This document shows positions 49,866-57,654 of a stretch of DNA of 60,577 nt, piece after piece; within the stretch, counting starts at the first letter, position 1, and the number at the start of each line of letters is the position of its first letter. The stretch covers positions 1 through 60,577 of IMG/VR virus record IMGVR_UViG_3300020045_000790. The stretch is one strand, 5' to 3'. The notes beneath the pieces are model-generated. The model saw nothing but the letters and a program-made list of their open reading frames with translations, was not told the DNA's origin and ran no database searches. The DNA comes from a virus. Taxonomy: Duplodnaviria > Caudoviricetes. The position numbers were made by a program, and so were the translations under genes.

Positions 49866-50088
49866 TCGTAAAAGGTTTATCTTCTATTAGCATCGTAAAT
49901 CCGTGAGACTTGTCGTAATGAATAACATCATCTGCCTTAATGTAATCAACCTCTGTTCCTGATGCTATTACGACAGCCTTTCTATAACGCATTCCCTTCA
50001 TATCTTCGCCTGATAATATCAAGCCTGAATCTGTCTTAATTTCTTCATCAATGTTTTTAACGATGATGTTTTTCCCTATTGGTTTCAT
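49831..50088 (-). CDS. groES: co-chaperonin GroES
   Basis: MKPIG..IIVK..EE.KTDSGLIL...VIASG...I.ERDVV. Confidence 0.85.
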   Translation of the reverse strand: MKPIGKNIIVKNIDEEIKTDSGLILSGEDMKGMRYRKAVVIASGTEVDYIKADDVIHYDKSHGFTMLIEDKPFTIIQERDVVVVL

Positions 50089-50090
50089 AA

Positions 50091-50555
50091 TTAATCGTTT
50101 GTAAATTCAATCCTTGAATCCAAGGCGTACAGATATAACTCCATTGCGTTGAACTGATTTATCAATAAAATTCTATTGATATTTGTCAGCTCATCAAACT
50201 TAGAGTTATTTTCGATAAATTCCTTCAACTTTGATACCTTTTCTGCCAAGTCTGCTTTTTCTTTTACCATTCTATCCAAAAAGCTTTCAGGAGCGTCTAC
50301 TGAATCATAACTAAGTTCAAATATCTCAGGCTTACAAGGATAAAACTCTCCCTTCAATCCTTTGATAACGTAGTCTTTTGGAGAAACTTGCATTCTTCCT
50401 TCAAGAGTTTCAATATAGAATCCATCAAAAAATCCTGTTCCGTAATCTAACATTCCTTCAAAATCTTCAATAGATGCAATCTCTATTGCGTGCTGCTCAG
50501 TACCGTCCCATTGTATAGCTTCAATTACCACCGGTTTTTTTCTAAACTTTGCCAT
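50091..50555 (-). CDS. two-domain protein: PGDYG-like N-terminus plus crAss001_48-like helical C-terminus
   Basis: RKKPVVIEA...TLEG...DYVIKG..GEFYPCKPEIF; FLDRM..E...L..F...LL..Q..AM..Y...L..RI. Confidence 0.6.
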   Translation of the reverse strand: MAKFRKKPVVIEAIQWDGTEQHAIEIASIEDFEGMLDYGTGFFDGFYIETLEGRMQVSPKDYVIKGLKGEFYPCKPEIFELSYDSVDAPESFLDRMVKEKADLAEKVSKLKEFIENNSKFDELTNINRILLINQFNAMELYLYALDSRIEFTND

Positions 50556-50557
50556 AA

Positions 50558-50809
50558 CTAATATTTAAAAGTTAATACTTTAACCACGTTCATCTGTGCG
50601 TCCAAGATGTCTCCGATAGCTTTATCGAACAAAAGTCTGCACAATGGTCTCTCAATGTTTGGGTCTGCGTTTTCGTTTAGCAAATCTGCTAATTCAGCAC
50701 AAAGCTGTTTTGCTCTTGTAACTTTCTCATCTCCTGATGGATTAAATGTCAATCCTACTAACTTTTCTCCGAATGTTAGTCCTCTGTTTTCTGTTTGATT
50801 TTCTTGCAT
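50558..50809 (-). CDS. Acb2/Tad1-like helical hairpin protein (putative nucleotide-signal sponge)
   Basis: GE..VG..FNPSG...V...K...A.L.D...R....A...I..AQM..VK pattern; family recalled from memory. Confidence 0.5.
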   Translation of the reverse strand: MQENQTENRGLTFGEKLVGLTFNPSGDEKVTRAKQLCAELADLLNENADPNIERPLCRLLFDKAIGDILDAQMNVVKVLTFKY

Positions 50810-50846
50810 AATAGTCTTAGCACTTTACCTTGCAATCGGAATTAAA

Positions 50847-51101
50847 TTAATCGTTTATTAAATTTATAAATATCGGAGCTTTATCTCCGTGGTATGATGT
50901 CTCAATGCTGCAAAAGAAATAGTCAGCAGCATCTTTGCCTGACCAATTATCATTTCTTGAGGTTAGTATGTCAATTATTTTTGAAATTGAATATACAAGT
51001 CTTCCTGATGTGCTAACGCCAACAATAGCATCATCAAATCCATCTGCCTTAATATACCCATCTTCAGGGTAATGCTCTAATATTTTAGTCAATATATCCA
51101 T
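50847..51101 (-). CDS. hypothetical protein (ADGFDDAIVG family)
   Basis: ADGFDDAIVG...VYS..KII...PIF. Confidence 0.6.
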   Translation of the reverse strand: MDILTKILEHYPEDGYIKADGFDDAIVGVSTSGRLVYSISKIIDILTSRNDNWSGKDAADYFFCSIETSYHGDKAPIFINLIND

Positions 51102-51360
51102 CTTCCTTCAAGTCTTTAATGAATTTTCTTTTATTTCCATTCTTCGGACGCAAAGCAACGTCAATGTATCCTGTGTCTTGATTGTGGTTTAAGACCTTGA
51201 CTTCATAATGCTGTAAGCTCTTTACTTCGTCAACCAATACTTGACACTCTTCTATGGTCGCATTATAGCTTTGCATAAGCCCATAGATTTCTATCGTTAC
51301 AAAATCAATCCCTCTTATCATAATCTTTAGATTCGTCTTTCCAATTAAACCAAAAGCCAA
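51085..51360 (-). CDS. hypothetical protein
   Basis: ORF track; true start may be the internal MIRGID. Confidence 0.45.
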   Translation of the reverse strand: MAFGLIGKTNLKIMIRGIDFVTIEIYGLMQSYNATIEECQVLVDEVKSLQHYEVKVLNHNQDTGYIDVALRPKNGNKRKFIKDLKEDGYID

Positions 51361-51520
51361 TGGCTACTATTATGTTCATTCCTAATGACCCTCCAATCTC
51401 AAGCAAGTCGTGGTATATATTCAAGCTCAGATGAACGTGCCCTACCACCCAAAATGGGATTGATAGGTTGCACGCTATCCAAACTATAGTGAATCTAAAG
51501 AACCTCTTCAGCTTGCTCAT
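51305..51520 (-). CDS. small membrane protein
   Basis: Two hydrophobic segments; overlaps the groEL end. Confidence 0.5.
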   Translation of the reverse strand: MSKLKRFFRFTIVWIACNLSIPFWVVGHVHLSLNIYHDLLEIGGSLGMNIIVAIGFWFNWKDESKDYDKRD

Positions 51521-53123
51521 AACTACGAGCCATTGTTATAATTGCATTTGTACTCAAGATTGTTACAGCTACACTCACTGCATTTTGTAACGCACTTCGA
51601 GTTACCTTCAGTGGGTCAATAACACCCATCTTAATCAAGTCGCCCATCTGTCCGGTTTTCAAGTTGTAACCGTGCCCCGGCTCTACAACATCAGGATATA
51701 CATCTGAAGCTTTCAGTCCTGCGTTAGCAAGTATCTGTAAGAACGGAGCCATAAGTGCATCTCTAAGAACAGCAACTGCAATATTGTACTCAGCACTTTT
51801 TCCTTCTTGATGGTTGCTGAACATAGCAGCACTCTCTTCAAGTAATGCCTTACCTGCACCCGTCAAAATACCTTCCTCTAAAGCTGAGCGAACTGCACAA
51901 ACAGCATCATCAACTCTATCGTATAGCTCTTTTTGCTCTAAATCAGTCTGTCCACCAACGTAAATTACGCCAATTCCTCCTGTAAGTGAAGCAATTCTCT
52001 CTAACAAGAAGTCTTTGTCTGCTTTTTTGGTAGCGTTTTTATGTGCTTCCCACAATTGGTCCACTCTTTCTTGCACTGCATCTTCGTCCAATCTCAAATC
52101 AGACTTGATAATCACAGTTTTATCTTTACTGACAATCACTTTTGCTGCGTGTCCTAAGTCTCCGAAGTTGATAATACTTAAATCGTCCCCTGTTTTCTCA
52201 CTGAAGTACGTTGCACCAACACTAAGAGCGATGTCTTGCATCAACTCGTGCTGCTTATATCCGAAACTTGGAGGAGGAACTGCACATACTTTCAGATTTC
52301 CCTTCACTGAGTTCGCTGCCAACGTGTTTACCACATTCGCATTACACGGAGAAATAATCAATAGCTTCTTTCCTTCAGAAATAATTGGCTTCAATATGTT
52401 CTCAATCTGCAAAATGTTCGCAATCTCCATATCAGCAACCAATACCATAGTGTCTTCAAGGACACATTCGTCTTTCTTATGGTCATTGATGAACATAGAG
52501 CTCATATAACCTCTGTCAAACTTCAATCCCTTGGTGGTCTCAGCATAAGTCTCATCGTTTTGGCTTCTCTCAACCGTTACAATACCACTTTTACCAACGT
52601 CTTTGTACACCTCAGCAATAATTCGCCCGGTCTCACGGTCATTGTTCGCTGAAATACTTGCTACATCTACCAACATTGAAGTCGTTAACCTCTTGCTCTT
52701 ACGTCTTAGGTTATCCACCACGTTGTCGCTCAGTTCCACCAATGCTCTCAACACCTCTGTTCTGTTGTGCTCTTCTTTAATTTGGTTTAATCCACCCAAT
52801 ACTAAAGCCTCTGTCAAGACAATCGCTGTAGTTGTTCCGTCTCCCGCATTTGTAGCGGTACGCTCAGCAGCCTCTTTCATCATCTTAACCGCAAGGTTCT
52901 CAACAGGGTCAAATAAATCAATACTCTTAGCAACCGTTACTCCGTCTTTCGTTACAGTAATCCCGTGCGTGTGATTAGGACTCTCAATAAGAACAGTATT
53001 ACCACCCGGTCCTAATGTACTCTTTACAGACTTAGCCATTTTGGCTACACCATTAGCTAATTTCTTTCTTCCTTTATCCTCAAAATGTAAATCTTTTGGG
53101 GAATAACCTTGATTTTGTGTCAT
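51495..53123 (-). CDS. groEL: phage chaperonin GroEL
   Basis: TLGP.G, TKDGVTVAK, GDGTTTA, FDRGY, GVIDP.KVTRSALQNA; lacks the GGM tail. Confidence 0.95.
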   Translation of the reverse strand: MTQNQGYSPKDLHFEDKGRKKLANGVAKMAKSVKSTLGPGGNTVLIESPNHTHGITVTKDGVTVAKSIDLFDPVENLAVKMMKEAAERTATNAGDGTTTAIVLTEALVLGGLNQIKEEHNRTEVLRALVELSDNVVDNLRRKSKRLTTSMLVDVASISANNDRETGRIIAEVYKDVGKSGIVTVERSQNDETYAETTKGLKFDRGYMSSMFINDHKKDECVLEDTMVLVADMEIANILQIENILKPIISEGKKLLIISPCNANVVNTLAANSVKGNLKVCAVPPPSFGYKQHELMQDIALSVGATYFSEKTGDDLSIINFGDLGHAAKVIVSKDKTVIIKSDLRLDEDAVQERVDQLWEAHKNATKKADKDFLLERIASLTGGIGVIYVGGQTDLEQKELYDRVDDAVCAVRSALEEGILTGAGKALLEESAAMFSNHQEGKSAEYNIAVAVLRDALMAPFLQILANAGLKASDVYPDVVEPGHGYNLKTGQMGDLIKMGVIDPLKVTRSALQNAVSVAVTILSTNAIITMARSYEQAEEVL

Positions 53124-53250
53124 TTGATTAAATTTTAAATTGATATGTGCAAATATAGTACATAAAATCTGTAATACCTATACCAAAAATAAATAAAATT
53201 GCGAGAATTTTATAAAATCTCGATATATCTATAAACTTACTGTGTAAGTC

Positions 53251-53452
53251 TATGACGGAATGTCAAAATTTTTTTTCCTATATATATATATATAATTTCC
53301 TTTTATATATAATAACTTTCTATTACAGTTTATCTTTTTTTTCAACATAATCGACATAAAAAGAATAATATATTAATAATCAGTTAGTTACAAAAAATAA
53401 AACGACATAAAAAATAACATAAAATAAAGAATCTATGTCGATAATCAACATA
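53251..53452. other. putative origin element B (second copy of the 4.7 kb element)
   Basis: TATGACG, TTTCC(TA)8AT, IHF-like AATCAGTTAGTTA 53378-53390, several CRACATAA repeats. Confidence 0.5.
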
Positions 53453-53500
53453 AAAAAAGGAGACACATAAGCATCTCCTAAATTTTAAAGTAAGAATAGA

Positions 53501-53731
53501 CTAATCACAATCAGAACACTCTCCCATTTCAGACATCATCTCGCCCATAGCTGTACCCTTAGCTACAATCATAACCTTCTCAGCTCGCTTCATAGACTTT
53601 CTAATGTCAGAAGCTTGAGCAATGCCCGTTTGACCATCAGGACGATTGTTAATCAATCTCCCGTTTCTAACAGTTAATCCATCGAACTTAGAACCCGAAT
53701 AGATACTGTCGCTTGTGGCGGGGCTTCGCAA
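53501..53731 (-). CDS. small protein, 5' end possibly truncated
   Basis: ORF starts at TTG at the strand switch; followed by a hairpin at 53458-53479 and a T run on the minus strand. Confidence 0.45.
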   Translation of the reverse strand: MRSPATSDSIYSGSKFDGLTVRNGRLINNRPDGQTGIAQASDIRKSMKRAEKVMIVAKGTAMGEMMSEMGECSDCD

Positions 53732-54299
53732 GGTTTTTGCGGTGTCTTTGAAGACACAAATTGATGAGCTTATTTTCGTGCTGTCTGTTCACTATGCGTG
53801 CGTGCGTGCGTGGGCTGTTGATTGCGTGGCTAATTGGTTTGCATCAGAAGAGGGCAAACAGGCAACAGCCGAAGCAGGTATCTATTGGAGTAATGAAGCC
53901 ATAGGCTTAAAGGTTTTTGGGTGGCAAAAATCGTATTACTACAAAGTATTAAAAGCAGGTAAATTGGACGATGCAATCATCGAGGAGTTTAACAGCCTTT
54001 GCGACCAAGCCGAAGCACAGGGTCAAGAGCCAAACAGAAGTTTAGAGGGCTTGCTTAAATTCACTCGCTCAGGAGGTGGAGAAACCACAGGCGAAGCAGG
54101 TGGAGAAGAGACAGAAGAGGGAGAGGGAGAAGCCACAGAGAGAGCTATCGAGGTTAGAATACCTACAATTTTCACGATGACGTACAAAGGTGGCGAGAAA
54201 AACGTTTCAGTTCGTGTAAACGAAAATAACGAGGTAACGACTACCAACAGCCGAGAGGAAATCTTAGCAGCAATAGAATTTTTAACTAATTTAATCTAA
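53715..54299 (+). CDS. hypothetical early protein, N-terminus uncertain
   Basis: Protein-like from about ANWFASEEGK onward; first ~35 codons run through the palindrome and (GCGT)n. Confidence 0.5.
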   Translation: MAGLRKVFAVSLKTQIDELIFVLSVHYACVRAWAVDCVANWFASEEGKQATAEAGIYWSNEAIGLKVFGWQKSYYYKVLKAGKLDDAIIEEFNSLCDQAEAQGQEPNRSLEGLLKFTRSGGGETTGEAGGEETEEGEGEATERAIEVRIPTIFTMTYKGGEKNVSVRVNENNEVTTTNSREEILAAIEFLTNLI

Positions 54300-54334
54300 T
54301 CAGTGTCTTCAAAGACACACAAATTTCAATCATT

Positions 54335-55252
54335 ATGAGTGCAACAGGCGTAGTTTACACAACAACAGGAGAGAGAAGCAGAGGTACAATTGCAGGATAC
54401 CACAACAAGCCGAACCCTTTATTTTTAAACAAATCAGCCCACAGGGTAGATGTAGCAGGGTTGAAACCAATCGACCAAAGAACAGCTATCAAGTTTGACG
54501 GCAGAGAGTACGAGAGTAAATTTACAATCGGTTTCGAGGTAGAGAAAAACAGCCTATCACGTAGGGCGGTTAAGGAGTACGAATTGTTTTGTGGTTTTGA
54601 GACGGACAGCTCTTGCGGTTACGAAGCGGTTACTCACATTTTACCCTTGTTACCTTGCGGTCAGTGGAGAACAAAAGTTTACGATATGATGTACAAAGCG
54701 GACAAAATTATCGACGACAATTTTAGCCCAAGCGACAAAAGATGTGGCGGACACATTACTATCGGAGTTGATGGACTAACAGGCGACGAGATACGTGAAG
54801 CGGTACGCAAAAATTCAGGTATTGTTTTAGCCCTATTCAGAAAACGTTTAAACAATGTTTATTGCGGTGCTAATCGTAGAATGCAATCAAACGACGACGA
54901 GACCTACAACAGCTACTCAGGGAGTGGTGCATATTACAGAACAGGCTCACATTGGAAATATCAAACAGCCCTTGTAAAAGGGTCGTGCCTTGAGTTTCGC
55001 TTAGTGTCTAAGTTTGAGAGCGTGAAGCAAATGATGAGACGATACGAATTGTTTTACGAGTTGGTAAACTACAGCGTAAACAAGCCAAAGGGTACGTTTG
55101 CAGGGTTTCTAAAAGTTATCGAGCCAATCATTGTTTCGATGTACAACGGAGACAAAGACAAAGCCCATAACGTTATGGAGTTGGCGAAACATTTTCAGAA
55201 GTTCATCAACACAGGAGTAATTAGTGAAGAGATAGCAGAGTTCTTAGGGTAA
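54335..55252 (+). CDS. putative amidoligase (COOH-NH2 ligase, glutamine-synthetase-like fold)
   Basis: TIGFEVE, ETDSS..YEAV, CGGHITI, LEFR motifs. Confidence 0.7.
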   Translation: MSATGVVYTTTGERSRGTIAGYHNKPNPLFLNKSAHRVDVAGLKPIDQRTAIKFDGREYESKFTIGFEVEKNSLSRRAVKEYELFCGFETDSSCGYEAVTHILPLLPCGQWRTKVYDMMYKADKIIDDNFSPSDKRCGGHITIGVDGLTGDEIREAVRKNSGIVLALFRKRLNNVYCGANRRMQSNDDETYNSYSGSGAYYRTGSHWKYQTALVKGSCLEFRLVSKFESVKQMMRRYELFYELVNYSVNKPKGTFAGFLKVIEPIIVSMYNGDKDKAHNVMELAKHFQKFINTGVISEEIAEFLG

Positions 55253-55268
55253 TACCTAAGGGCTTTGC

Positions 55269-55317
55269 CCGTCCCTAAGTGAGTGCTTAGGCTGATGAGT
55301 TCAAAAGAACGAAACGG
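55269..55317 (+). ncRNA. hammerhead ribozyme 1 (type III)
   Basis: CCGUC^ / stem I CCUAAG-ugagug-CUUAGG / CUGAUGA / stem II GUUC-aaaa-GAAC / GAA / ACGG. Confidence 0.9.
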
Positions 55318-55337
55318 AAACCTTAAATTCAATTATT

Positions 55338-55529
55338 ATGAAAGCAGAAATTTGTTTAAAATCGTTTAGTGTAGCAGTTATTTATTTGTCTATTGCCTTA
55401 GGTTTAACCTCAGGTTATTTACAGCAGTTTTTTAAATTCAACTCAGTTGATAGCGAAATCTTTATGGCGTTGCTATGCGGTACGTTTGGGCTTTTATGCT
55501 TAGGCGTTTCAATCAAAGTTAAGCGATGA
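55338..55529 (+). CDS. small two-TM membrane protein
   Basis: Two hydrophobic segments; starts 20 nt after ribozyme 1. Confidence 0.6.
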   Translation: MKAEICLKSFSVAVIYLSIALGLTSGYLQQFFKFNSVDSEIFMALLCGTFGLLCLGVSIKVKR

Positions 55530-55569
55530 TAGTGCGGTAACGCAAAGGTCGAGGAGGGCAAACCTCCTC

Positions 55570-55618
55570 CCGTACACAAGTGAGTGCTTGTGCTGATGAT
55601 ACCAAAAGGTTGAAACGG
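55570..55618 (+). ncRNA. hammerhead ribozyme 2 (type III)
   Basis: CCGUA^ / CACAAG-ugagug-CUUGUG / CUGAUGA / U-ACC-aaaa-GGU-U / GAA / ACGG; compensatory changes relative to ribozyme 1. Confidence 0.85.
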
Positions 55619-55637
55619 AAACTTTAAATCAAATCAA

Positions 55638-55832
55638 ATGACAAATTCAAATTTTGTGTCTTCAAAGACACACGCAGAAATCGTAAAATTTCACGAATGG
55701 TTAGAAGCTAACCGAAACATTTACTTAGCAGACAAGCAGAGAATGGACAGAGCTTACAACATAGTCCGAGAGAATGTAGAGCAACAATATACCTCGAGAC
55801 AGCCTGTAAATACAGGGGCTAACAAATTTTAA
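55638..55832 (+). CDS. hypothetical protein
   Basis: AAATCAAATCAAATG start context; 19 nt after ribozyme 2. Confidence 0.6.
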   Translation: MTNSNFVSSKTHAEIVKFHEWLEANRNIYLADKQRMDRAYNIVRENVEQQYTSRQPVNTGANKF

Positions 55833-55852
55833 CAAAATATTAACATTTTAAA

Positions 55853-55885
55853 TTTGGTACGTGTCTAATTCTCGTCTTATATTTG
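55853..55885 (+). promoter_or_regulatory. Bacteroidota sigma-A promoter (-33 TTTG, -7 TATATTTG)
   Basis: 21-nt spacer; near-copy at 57556-57587. Confidence 0.75.
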
Positions 55886-55922
55886 TCGAAAATTAGTTCA
55901 TTAACCTTTAAAACATAACACT

Positions 55923-56477
55923 ATGAGAAAAATAACAGAACAGGTTGTCGGTGCTTTTGAAAACTACAACATAAAAAAAGTAGGTAACACCGAGACAGAC
56001 GGAACGAGCCTTTGGCTATTTGGCAATAAGATTGCAGAACACAGAGCCGACGGAATATGGATTACTAACGCAGGGTGGAGTAGCCCAACAACTAAGGAAA
56101 GACTAAACGGAATTACAGGCGTACACATTACGCAAAAGAAAGGCGAATGGTTTTTGAATGGTCATCGTTGGGACGGAGAGTGGGTTTGCTTGAATGACTT
56201 GACCTTGCTTACGGAACAGGAAAGCGAGACAGATTTTGATACCACAATGGAATGGGTTGATAACTACAGCAGACCGATTTACTCAGTGTACCATACACGC
56301 ATCGAGGCAGAGCTACAGCAGATTGAAATGGTGCTTGCTGTTATGGGAATAGCCACCCGCAGAATGTATTCAGATACGCAAGGTGCTTACAAACCTAATC
56401 ACTTTATCGTCGTACCTGTACAAGAGTTCGAGAGAGCAAAAACTTTTATTAAAAAAGTGTCTTTGGAGACACTATAA
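55923..56477 (+). CDS. hypothetical early protein
   Basis: LFGNKIA...GWSSPTTKERLN motif. Confidence 0.65.
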   Translation: MRKITEQVVGAFENYNIKKVGNTETDGTSLWLFGNKIAEHRADGIWITNAGWSSPTTKERLNGITGVHITQKKGEWFLNGHRWDGEWVCLNDLTLLTEQESETDFDTTMEWVDNYSRPIYSVYHTRIEAELQQIEMVLAVMGIATRRMYSDTQGAYKPNHFIVVPVQEFERAKTFIKKVSLETL

Positions 56478-56554
56478 AACCAATTAACTATGAGAGCAAT
56501 ACTAAGATTTTTGCAAGAGTTAGCAAATGCTTGTCCGAGAGAGACAAAGTGGTA

Positions 56555-56608
56555 GGCAAACTGATGAGACTTCAATAGTCGAAACCCGATTTAGTTCGGG
56601 TCTTTGTC
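56555..56608 (+). ncRNA. hammerhead ribozyme 3 (type I)
   Basis: GGCAAA / CUGAUGA / GACU-ucaau-AGUC / GAA / ACCCGA-uuuagu-UCGGGU / C^ / UUUGUC. Confidence 0.9.
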
Positions 56609-56629
56609 AAACAATTAAAAATTAAAACT

Positions 56630-56848
56630 ATGAGAATTATTGTAGAGTATTGCCCAAACATTTCAAAAGATGCACAGAAAATTATTAGAGACAACGTAAC
56701 ACCGTCTATGATTTCAAATGACGAAACGAGTTGTCAGTATGAGATTAGTATGTGTTTAGAAGAGTTGATTGAAAACGATGTATGTGTTGAAGATTATAAA
56801 GTTATAACTTCTTTAATAGAACAGGGCGTTAGCTATTTAGAATTTTAA
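56630..56848 (+). CDS. small acidic hypothetical protein
   Basis: ORF track; 21 nt after ribozyme 3. Confidence 0.6.
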   Translation: MRIIVEYCPNISKDAQKIIRDNVTPSMISNDETSCQYEISMCLEELIENDVCVEDYKVITSLIEQGVSYLEF

Positions 56849-56853
56849 ATAGT

Positions 56854-57018
56854 ATGGAAGAGATTTGGTACTTTGAAGATTGGGTAAACGAGATGCTTAA
56901 CCAATCAGACTATTCAGAATTTGAGTTGATGTGCTTTGAAGAGTATTATCAAAACTTATTAGACTATGAACAAAATACAGAAAACTTTTTAAATAGAATT
57001 TCAGATGAAGAAGATTAG
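56854..57018 (+). CDS. 54-aa highly acidic protein (not in ORF track)
   Basis: MEEIWYFEDWVNEMLNQSDYSEFELMCFEEYYQNLLDYEQNTENFLNRISDEED. Confidence 0.55.
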   Translation: MEEIWYFEDWVNEMLNQSDYSEFELMCFEEYYQNLLDYEQNTENFLNRISDEED

Positions 57019-57403
57019 AATTACTAAAGAAGACCAATTCGTTTGGCTTATAGTTACAGAAAAAGCAAAGGAGATTTTCCTTTCAGGCTTATTCGAGCTG
57101 TATATAATCTACAGCGATGATAGTGAGTGTTTAATCGAAGGCTTCGGTCAATTGATTGAAGCGATTGAGGACGGACAGGACATAGGCATAGAGGTCGGAT
57201 TTATCAGCGATGACATAGACTTGTTCGACCACTACAGCAGAATACCTAAGAAGATTAGATATATCATTGAGACCTACACAGACGCTTCAGAGTTCAGTGC
57301 AGACGATTGCAAAGCTATGCTCAAAGACTTAGAAGCTAATGGATACACCTTTGACTATGGATTAGACTTTCAACCTATTAACCTTAGACCAAATGGAGAA
57401 TAG
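57005..57403 (+). CDS. acidic hypothetical protein
   Basis: ORF track; C-terminal GYTFDYGLD motif. Confidence 0.6.
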   Translation: MKKIRITKEDQFVWLIVTEKAKEIFLSGLFELYIIYSDDSECLIEGFGQLIEAIEDGQDIGIEVGFISDDIDLFDHYSRIPKKIRYIIETYTDASEFSADDCKAMLKDLEANGYTFDYGLDFQPINLRPNGE

Positions 57404-57554
57404 TCATACATTTAGAATTACCTATGACAAAAATTTTGTTTGTTATGTGATAGCCCGAACAGACTTCGAGGCGATTGACAAAGTTTACAACAGAAACTTA
57501 GACCAACCCCCTGACTTATTCAGAAAACTTTTTAATGCAAAAAAATTAAAATAA
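57393..57554 (+). CDS. 53-aa hypothetical protein (not in ORF track)
   Basis: MENSHTFRITY...FNAKKLK; overlaps the upstream stop. Confidence 0.45.
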   Translation: MENSHTFRITYDKNFVCYVIARTDFEAIDKVYNRNLDQPPDLFRKLFNAKKLK

Positions 57555-57555
57555 A

Positions 57556-57587
57556 TTTGGTAGTGTATAAATTTTGTCTTACCTTTG
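57556..57587 (+). promoter_or_regulatory. Bacteroidota sigma-A promoter (-33 TTTG, -7 TACCTTTG)
   Basis: 20-nt spacer; followed by a palindrome copy at 57617-57632. Confidence 0.75.
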
Positions 57588-57654
57588 TCTAAATTTAATC
57601 AAATAATCAGAGTTCTGTGTCTTCAAAGACACTGCTCACAAATCAAATCAAACT

